64,000 nt of DNA. Source: an uncultured candidate division Zixibacteria bacterium. Its GTDB lineage: Bacteria; Zixibacteria; MSB-5A5; GN15; FEB-12. The stretch covers positions 2,816,001 to 2,880,000 of the forward strand of contig OY760907.1 of NCBI GenBank assembly GCA_963664195.1, in the 5' to 3' direction. The notes beneath the pieces were generated by a model that ran no database searches, was not told where the DNA came from, and worked only from the letters and a program-made list of their open reading frames with translations. Shown here one piece after another: positions 57,093-64,000 of the stretch. Position numbers and translations under genes: made by a program. Positions within the stretch are counted from its first letter, which is position 1. Every line of letters starts with the position of its first letter.

Positions 57093-58121
57093 ATGAAGTA
57101 TATCGATTTGCGATCCGACACCGTGACCCGCCCCTCGGAGGCGATGCGTCAGGCCATGGCCACCGCCGAGGTGGGCGACGATGTTTTTGGCGACGATCCG
57201 ACCGTCAACGAACTGCAAAGATATGTCGCCGAGTTGTTTGAGCGTGAGGCCGCGCTCTACGTCCCCTCGGGAACGATGGGCAACCAGATATGTTTGAAGA
57301 CCCACAGCCAGCCCGGCTGGGAGCTGCTCTGTGACCGTGAGTGCCACGTGGTCAATTATGAAACCGGCGGCCCGGTAATTCACTCCCAATTGATGGTCAA
57401 CCTGATTTCGACCGATCGGGGGATGATATCTGCTGATACGGTCAGGAAGCTGGTACGCCCCAAGAATCTGCACTGTCCGGAAACGAAGATGGTGGAGCTT
57501 GAAAACACGCACAACCATCGCGGCGGCACGATCCTTCCGCAGGATGATATTCTGAAAGTCCGTGCGGTGTGTGATGAGTTCGGATTGATATTTCACCTCG
57601 ACGGCGCCCGGATTTGGAACGCGCATGTCGCTACTGGAATGTCGTTGCCTGAATTGACCCGGCCCTTTGATTCGCTGTCTGTTTGTTTGTCCAAGGGGCT
57701 CGGAGCCCCGATTGGGTCGGTGATTATGGGAACGAGGGAGTTTATCGAGAAGGCACGGCGTACGCGCAAGCTTTTTGGCGGGGCCATGCGTCAGGTGGGG
57801 ATTCTTGCCGCCGCCGGACTTTACGCGCTGAAAAACAACATCCCGCGTCTTTCTGAAGATCATGAGAACGCATGGGGGTTGGCTGAGAGCCTGAGTCAGC
57901 TGAATGTCTTCGAAGTCGATCTGAGCCGGGTCGAGACCAATATTGTGCTGGTCGATATTGCAACCGATGAGTCAGCCGAATCGATGATGGCTCGATTGGC
58001 TGAGATTGGGGTGGGCTGTGTGCAGTTTGGACCAAGGACGCTGCGGTTCGTGACGCATCTTGACGTTTCCCGTGCGGCGTGCGAAGAAGCAGTCTGGCGG
58101 ATCAAAAAACTGGTCGGGTAA
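57093..58121 (+). CDS. ltaE: Low-specificity L-threonine aldolase
   Basis: DLRSDTVT, SGTMGNQ, ENTHN, HLDGARIWNA, SKGLGAP. Confidence 0.93.
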   Translation: MKYIDLRSDTVTRPSEAMRQAMATAEVGDDVFGDDPTVNELQRYVAELFEREAALYVPSGTMGNQICLKTHSQPGWELLCDRECHVVNYETGGPVIHSQLMVNLISTDRGMISADTVRKLVRPKNLHCPETKMVELENTHNHRGGTILPQDDILKVRAVCDEFGLIFHLDGARIWNAHVATGMSLPELTRPFDSLSVCLSKGLGAPIGSVIMGTREFIEKARRTRKLFGGAMRQVGILAAAGLYALKNNIPRLSEDHENAWGLAESLSQLNVFEVDLSRVETNIVLVDIATDESAESMMARLAEIGVGCVQFGPRTLRFVTHLDVSRAACEEAVWRIKKLVG

Positions 58122-58138
58122 TTCTGGAGAATGAGATA

Positions 58139-59068
58139 ATGCGGCGCATGGTCCCGGTTGCCGTTATTTTGCTTGCAGTCTTGCTGTGCGGATGTTCCGA
58201 CGATAGCAAGGAAGTCTTTGCTGTTGACGAAACGTACATCACCGGCGGGTTTGCCGACGTTTCTCCCGATGGTCGGTATGGGTTGATCGTCGGCACGCTG
58301 ATAGTGGGGGGGATTGCTCAGCCGGTACTGCAGATTGTCTGCGTGGTTGATTACGAGACGTTTGAGTATTCCGTTTTGCAGACGATCAGGGGAGCAACCG
58401 GCGGTGCGCATTTCTGCGGCCTCAATCAGGTAGCGTATGTGCGGTCCGATGTCGACAGCGTGAAGCTAATGACGTTTGATATGGGGGAACCGGATTATGA
58501 AGAGACGCTTCTGAGCTGTTCACCCGCTGATTTGCGATTTCCGCTTTCGGACAAGTTCCGGATGCAGGTTGGAGTCCCGGTAGTGTGCATGGAGTCCGGG
58601 AGTAGTCAGATGGTCTATCGCGTGGCACAGAACGGTGAGTTGATGAACATTCGGACGCTGGACAACGCCGCGTTTCCATCGTTTGCCAGCGGAAGCGATG
58701 AACTGTTTTACTTCGCTAATCAGTATGACAAAGAGGGGCAGTCCAAAGTATGGCAGGCGACGCTGGTCGCGTACGACTATGTGGAAGACAGTATCGATAC
58801 GCTTTTCGGGGCACAGAGCTGCTTCGGGACTATCATAGCGCCCGAGGGTGAAGACGCTGTCTATTTCCAATCCTCGATGCCTGAGTTTGATGCTACGAAC
58901 GTCTGGAAGTACAACAGGGCAAACGGCAGGCTGGCCCAAATAACGGACGTCGCGCCGCGCGAGTTTGTCTCGAATTTCCATGTTGTCGGCGATTCGATTG
59001 CGGCTCTGGTGAAAGACCCGAGTCGCGATTCAGATCGTCAGTATCGCTACGTGATGTACAGTCGATAG
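58139..59068 (+). CDS. Hypothetical lipoprotein, possibly a beta-propeller
   Basis: LCGC lipobox; SPDG and QIT propeller-like motifs. Confidence 0.6.
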   Translation: MRRMVPVAVILLAVLLCGCSDDSKEVFAVDETYITGGFADVSPDGRYGLIVGTLIVGGIAQPVLQIVCVVDYETFEYSVLQTIRGATGGAHFCGLNQVAYVRSDVDSVKLMTFDMGEPDYEETLLSCSPADLRFPLSDKFRMQVGVPVVCMESGSSQMVYRVAQNGELMNIRTLDNAAFPSFASGSDELFYFANQYDKEGQSKVWQATLVAYDYVEDSIDTLFGAQSCFGTIIAPEGEDAVYFQSSMPEFDATNVWKYNRANGRLAQITDVAPREFVSNFHVVGDSIAALVKDPSRDSDRQYRYVMYSR

Positions 59069-59080
59069 TTGGGAAGCAGC

Positions 59081-59857
59081 ATGACAGCTAACAGTCTCAC
59101 GATTCTCGGTTCCGGCTCAGGTATTCCACAGCCGGATCGAGCCTGTTCGGGGTATTTGCTCAAGACGGGGGAGAGCCTGAGCCTGTTTGACTGCGGAAGC
59201 GGAGTGGCCTCTTCGTTTCTCAGGTGCGGGTTTGATCCCGCACGGCTCGATCGAGTGTTCATCAGTCATGCGCACTCCGATCATGTTTCCGATCTGACCG
59301 TGTTGATCCAAATGCTTCACGGTCTGAGTGTCGAGCGACGACTGGACGTATTTCTGCCGGCGGAGTTTGTGGAACCGTTCGAGGCGTATCTGAATTCAGT
59401 GTATCTGATTCGTGATCGTCTTCGTCTGGACCTGGCAGTAGAGGCGTACGCCGAAGGTGTCGTGCATCAAGACGACTTCAAACTGACCGCGATCTCTAAC
59501 ACTCACATTGCCCCGTCGAAGTTTGCAGAGCACATTAAGCGTAACAACCTGCCAAACAGGATGCAGAGCTACAGTTTCAAGATTGAAGTGGGGGAGAGGT
59601 CGCTTCTGTACTCGGCCGATATTGGTAGTCTCGATGATATCGTCGATCACTTGTCGGGGGTTGATTTTGCTCTGATCGAGGCGACCCATATCGACATGCA
59701 ACAGCTCTTTGCACCTGTTCGCGAGTTCAATGCCGGGCAGTATGTGCTGACGCATCTGGGGAATAAGGAGACGCTGGCACAGTTGCAGCGTCAGGTGGTC
59801 GATTCGGGTTTGGAGAATGCTGTTTTTGCCGAAGAGGGGATGCGGCTGGAGTTGTGA
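59081..59857 (+). CDS. RNase Z-like MBL-fold metallohydrolase
   Basis: LGSG, DCGSG, SHAHSDH, YSAD, EAT, LTH. Confidence 0.82.
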   Translation: MTANSLTILGSGSGIPQPDRACSGYLLKTGESLSLFDCGSGVASSFLRCGFDPARLDRVFISHAHSDHVSDLTVLIQMLHGLSVERRLDVFLPAEFVEPFEAYLNSVYLIRDRLRLDLAVEAYAEGVVHQDDFKLTAISNTHIAPSKFAEHIKRNNLPNRMQSYSFKIEVGERSLLYSADIGSLDDIVDHLSGVDFALIEATHIDMQQLFAPVREFNAGQYVLTHLGNKETLAQLQRQVVDSGLENAVFAEEGMRLEL

Positions 59858-59895
59858 TCGTCTGACCATGGTACCATCACGTTTGTGACAGACTA

Positions 59896-59926
59896 AAAAC
59901 GCCCCGGAGATTCTGCGGGGCGTTTT
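59896..59926. terminator. Bidirectional terminator
   Basis: AAAACGCCCCG/CGGGGCGTTTT between convergent genes. Confidence 0.75.
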
Positions 59927-59951
59927 CGATAGTCACTGCGGTTCGGTGCGG

Positions 59952-60695
59952 TCAGGCTTTTGTTGATGCCCGCAACAACTCGCGGTTCATTTTGGCGATG
60001 ACGCTGACCTTGATTTCCTTGGGACAGACCGCCTCGCACTCGAAATAGTTCGTGCAATTGCCAAATCCCTCGGCGTCCATCTGGGCGATCATCGCGCGAG
60101 CACGTTTTGTACGTTCCACTCGTCCCTGCGGAAGATGCGCGAACTGCGAGACCTTGGCCCCGACAAAAAGCATCGCCGACGCGTTTTTGCACGCCGCGAC
60201 ACAGGCGCCGCACCCGATACAGGCCGCAGCATCCATCGCCTTGTCTGCGTCCTCTTTCGGGATTGGGATAGCGTTGGCATCCGGCACGCCGCCCGTGTTT
60301 ACGTTGGTGTATCCGCCGGCCTGGATGATCCGATCAAAGGCGGAACGGTCGACCACGAGATCCTTGATTACGGGAAAGGCCTTTGCCCGCCATGGCTCTA
60401 TGAAGATGGTGTCACCGTCGTTGAAGTGCCTCATGTGGAGCTGGCAGGTCGTGGTCGCCCGCTGGTGACCGTGAGGAGTGCCATTGATGACGAGTGAACA
60501 TGTGCCGCAAATGCCTTCGCGACAGTCATGGTCGAAATGGATGGGATCGATGCCCTTGCCGACCAGGTCTTCGTTGACGACATCGAGCATCTCCAGAAAC
60601 GACATGTGGTGGGAGATATTCTTGGCCTCGTAGGTCTCAAGTTTCCCTTTATCCTCGGCGTTTTTCTGACGCCACACGCGCAGTGTAAGATTCAT
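59952..60695 (-). CDS. sdhB: Succinate dehydrogenase/fumarate reductase iron-sulfur subunit
   Basis: [28 protein letters not shown]. Confidence 0.93.
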   Translation of the reverse strand: MNLTLRVWRQKNAEDKGKLETYEAKNISHHMSFLEMLDVVNEDLVGKGIDPIHFDHDCREGICGTCSLVINGTPHGHQRATTTCQLHMRHFNDGDTIFIEPWRAKAFPVIKDLVVDRSAFDRIIQAGGYTNVNTGGVPDANAIPIPKEDADKAMDAAACIGCGACVAACKNASAMLFVGAKVSQFAHLPQGRVERTKRARAMIAQMDAEGFGNCTNYFECEAVCPKEIKVSVIAKMNRELLRASTKA

Positions 60696-62608
60696 TATTT
60701 ATAGCTCCTTGTCGCCAGTTCAACGTTCTCAAACTCGAGCTTCTCCTTGTGAAGCTCAGGTGGCTCGCCGACTCCTTTGTGCTCCCAGGCTGCCACATAG
60801 GCGTATTTTTTGTCGTTACGCATGGCCTCACCTTCGTCAGTTTGGTATTCCTCACGGAAATGAGCACCGCATGACTCCTCGCGGTCGAGAGCATCGATGC
60901 ACATGACCTCCGCAAACTCGAGGAAATCTGCCACGCGACCGGCGTTTTCCAGCGACATGTTCATTTCCTGGTTGGCACCGAGAACACGGACGTTGTTCCA
61001 GAAGTCCTCACGGAGTTGAGGAATGGTCTTGATAGCTGTTTCAAGTCCGGCCTTGTTGCGGGCCATACCGCAGTACTCCCACATGATTCGTCCGAGCGAT
61101 TTGTGGAACGAGTCGACAGATTTGGTACCGTTAATCGAGAGTAGTTTTTCCGTCCGTGCGCGGACGTCCTTTTCAACCTGTTTGAAATCATCACCGTCAG
61201 GGGTGAGATTCTGGGCACCGACACGCGCGAAATAATCCCCGATTGTGTACGGCAGTACGAAGTAACCGTCGGCCAATCCCTGCATCAGCGCGGAGGCACC
61301 GAGGCGATTGGCTCCGTGGTCGGAGAAGTTGGCCTCTCCGATCACAAACAGTCCCGGTACGTTGCTCATCAGGTTGTAATCCACCCACAGTCCACCCATG
61401 GTGTAGTGTGAGGCAGGGTAGATGCGCATCGGGGTCTTGTACGGGTTTTCGCCGGTGATCCGTTCGTACATGTCGAACAGGTTGCCGTAGCGGGCGCGGA
61501 TGGTGTTTTCGCCGAGACGGTTGATTGCGTCGGCAAAGTCCAGATACACGCCGAACCCGGTTTCTCCGACACCTCGACCGTCGTCGCAGGCCTCTTTGGC
61601 CGCACGGGAGGAAATGTCGCGCGGGGCGAGATTGCCGAAACTCGGGTACTTGCGTTCGAGATAATAGTCGCGATCTTCTTCGGGGATGGCATCCGGCGGG
61701 CGTTTGTCGCCCTTTGTTTTCGATACCCAGATACGGCCGTCGTTGCGGAGAGATTCGGACATCAAGGTTAGTTTGGACTGATAATCGCCTGAGACTGGAA
61801 TGCAGGTCGGGTGAATCTGCGTGTAGCACGGGTTTGCAAACAGGGCACCGCGTTTGTAGGCGCGATAAGCGGCGGTGACGTTACAGGCCATAGCGTTGGT
61901 CGAGAGATAGAACACGTTGCCGTAGCCACCGGTGGCGAGCACCACGGCGTCCGCGGCGTGTGAACGTACTTCGCCTGTAACGAGATTGCGGACCACAATG
62001 CCTTTGGCGTGGCCGTCGACCAAGACAACGTCGAGCATTTCTGTCCGCGGATACATCTTGACGCTTCCGGCTGCGATTTGTCGTGAGAGGGCAGAGTAGG
62101 CCCCGAGCAGCAACTGCTGGCCAGTTTGGCCGCGGGCATAAAATGTGCGAGAGACCTGCGCGCCGCCGAATGAACGGTTATCCAACAGACCGCCGTACTC
62201 GCGTGCGAAGGGAACACCCTGGGCGACACATTGGTCGATGATACTGTTGGCGACTTCAGCGAGCCGATGAACATTGGCTTCGCGGGAGCGGAAATCACCC
62301 CCTTTGACCGTGTCATAGAAAAGGCGGAAAACAGAATCACCATCATTCTGGTAGTTCTTGGCGGCGTTAATACCGCCCTGAGCGGCAATTGAGTGTGCAC
62401 GACGGGGGCTGTCCTGGAAACAGAAGCACTTGACGTTATAGCCGAGTTCCCCCATTGACGCTGCCGCTGAGGCGCCAGCCAGACCGCTTCCGACAACTAT
62501 GGCGCTGTACTTACGTTTGTTGGCCGGATTGACCAGCTTCATGTCGAATTTGTGTTTTTCCCACTTTTCGGCGAGAGGGCCGGACGGTATTTTGGAGTCG
62601 AGTTTCAT
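60695..62608 (-). CDS. sdhA: Succinate dehydrogenase/fumarate reductase flavoprotein
   Basis: [42 protein letters not shown]. Confidence 0.95.
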   Translation of the reverse strand: MKLDSKIPSGPLAEKWEKHKFDMKLVNPANKRKYSAIVVGSGLAGASAAASMGELGYNVKCFCFQDSPRRAHSIAAQGGINAAKNYQNDGDSVFRLFYDTVKGGDFRSREANVHRLAEVANSIIDQCVAQGVPFAREYGGLLDNRSFGGAQVSRTFYARGQTGQQLLLGAYSALSRQIAAGSVKMYPRTEMLDVVLVDGHAKGIVVRNLVTGEVRSHAADAVVLATGGYGNVFYLSTNAMACNVTAAYRAYKRGALFANPCYTQIHPTCIPVSGDYQSKLTLMSESLRNDGRIWVSKTKGDKRPPDAIPEEDRDYYLERKYPSFGNLAPRDISSRAAKEACDDGRGVGETGFGVYLDFADAINRLGENTIRARYGNLFDMYERITGENPYKTPMRIYPASHYTMGGLWVDYNLMSNVPGLFVIGEANFSDHGANRLGASALMQGLADGYFVLPYTIGDYFARVGAQNLTPDGDDFKQVEKDVRARTEKLLSINGTKSVDSFHKSLGRIMWEYCGMARNKAGLETAIKTIPQLREDFWNNVRVLGANQEMNMSLENAGRVADFLEFAEVMCIDALDREESCGAHFREEYQTDEGEAMRNDKKYAYVAAWEHKGVGEPPELHKEKLEFENVELATRSYK

Positions 62609-62609
62609 C

Positions 62610-63335
62610 TTACATCCCTCCTTCCGGCAATGTGATAATCTTCAGCATGACACCCAACGGTACGGCGGCGTAGCCCACGAACAGGAAAATGGCGGCAAGC
62701 CAGCCGAGACATTTCAGGCGTTTCTGCCACTCAGGAGTATTCAGACCGAGCGATTGGAACATACTCGCGACCCCGTGGCTGAGGTGATAGGAGAGTAGTC
62801 CCACAGCGACAATATAGAAACCGGAGACCAGGTAATTCGAGAAGCCCATGATGACCATGCTGAAAACATCGGGGCGTCCGAGCGGGTCAACGAGGTCTGC
62901 ATACTCCGGATTGGTCACTCGTACCGTGTAATGCAGCAGGTGATAGACGACAAAAAAGGCTATCACAATGCCGGTCCAGATCATCGTGCGCGAGGCGAAG
63001 CTGGCCTGTACGGTTGTCTCGTTCTTGTAGGATTCGGGTCGTGCGGCCCAGTTCTCGAGTTTTAGCTGGATGCCAAACCAGACGTGGAGACCGACGGCAG
63101 TCAGCATCACTAGTCGGATCACCCAGAGCAGCGGCCCCAGACTCTGGAGTTTTTCTGCGTACAAGTTAAGTTGATCCTGCCCGATGAACACCTGCAGGTT
63201 GCCCAGCATGTGCCCGACAACGAATCCAAAGGCCATGAAACCAGTGACGGCCATGATGACTTTCTTGCCAATGGAGGTTCTGACGATGTGGGCGGGAAAA
63301 CTCGAAGGCAGGTTGGTCGTTGCTGTTGTTCCCAT
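62610..63335 (-). CDS. sdhC: Succinate dehydrogenase cytochrome b subunit
   Basis: SIGKK..MA.TG, H..GNL, five TMs with His ligands, HLSHG..S.FQSLG. Confidence 0.9.
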   Translation of the reverse strand: MGTTATTNLPSSFPAHIVRTSIGKKVIMAVTGFMAFGFVVGHMLGNLQVFIGQDQLNLYAEKLQSLGPLLWVIRLVMLTAVGLHVWFGIQLKLENWAARPESYKNETTVQASFASRTMIWTGIVIAFFVVYHLLHYTVRVTNPEYADLVDPLGRPDVFSMVIMGFSNYLVSGFYIVAVGLLSYHLSHGVASMFQSLGLNTPEWQKRLKCLGWLAAIFLFVGYAAVPLGVMLKIITLPEGGM

Positions 63336-63742
63336 ATATCTTCCCCTGTTCTTTAGTTACAAAAACATAGAATCCTCAAACCTGTGAGTCAATTCAAAAA
63401 CTTGACCTTATGCACCCCCGAAGCCTACTCAGAGTCGGATGTCGATCTTGGCCTTCGGAGGCGATCTATTTGCGCGGCAAGGAGCTGCGGCGGATTCTGC
63501 GGCGTGTCAACTCTGCGTTTCTGTGATCGTTTCATCTCCCTTGCGTGTATAACCGGACGACCGGCAGAGAGGTTTCAGCGAATCTCGACGATTCTGTGTG
63601 AAACCCGGAAACCGTTTGAAAAGGGATGAGGCCTTAGATTGACAAGCGGAGAGCGATTGAGTATGTTGAGTCCTCCACGATATGCCGAAGAGATAACAAG
63701 TTATCGCTTACATATAATATGCAGGAGATTGGGATGAGCAGA

Positions 63743-64000
63743 ATGAAAGTGTTGGGAACGGTGTTGGCAGTGGTTTTTGTTGTGACTGCGACGGCCCTCG
63801 CCGCGGATGTCAGTATGAAACTGTCCGGCCCCGGGGCTGTCGACGAGACTACAATCAAGGCCGGAGAACCGGTTTCCGTTGACATTTACTTTGCGAACGA
63901 CAAAGACGGAGGGCGTGGGTTCACTACCGGGTTCTGTCTGAAATCCGAAGATATCAAGACAGTCATTCATGTCGAGGATTCGACCGGCCTGAACAAAAAC
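63743..64000 (+). CDS. N-terminus of a secreted protein (runs off the window edge)
   Basis: MKVLGTVLAVVFVVTATALA signal peptide, frame open to the window end, AGGAG upstream. Confidence 0.65.
   Translation, partial: MKVLGTVLAVVFVVTATALAADVSMKLSGPGAVDETTIKAGEPVSVDIYFANDKDGGRGFTTGFCLKSEDIKTVIHVEDSTGLNKN

Overview
Bacterial chromosomal window, gene-dense and mostly on the + strand, from a diderm organism (TamB/TamA, AsmA, lipoproteins). A Zixibacteria-like or related poorly studied lineage is plausible but is only an impression from protein style. Gene order: pabB/pabC-like pair; DUF401; ECF sigma, zinc anti-sigma and an HtrA-like PDZ protein; CMD-tamB-tamA-iscS-mnmA; AsmA; a degenerate PAS kinase with a REC-HisKA partner; yicC-gmk-rpoZ-topA; an inserted KAP NTPase; frameshifted xerC-hslV-hslU; argF; a REP/RAYT-rich accessory patch; rpsT, murJ, comEC; a DUF4388/TPR/four-roadblock/MglA cluster directly ahead of pilB-pilT-pilC-pilS; a parvulin; csp; ltaE; sdhCAB. 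The best candidate for an undescribed system is the Mgl module. Its MglA GTPase has a long Ala/Pro linker and a MinD-like amphipathic tail, it is flanked by membrane-anchored and TPR-fused roadblock proteins, and sigma28-like promoter motifs precede it. Also notable are several apparent pseudoenzymes, several REP hairpin families with a HUH-mutated RAYT, and recurring leaderless-type promoters. No rRNA, tRNA or CRISPR array was seen. All family calls come from motif recognition by eye, not from database searches.
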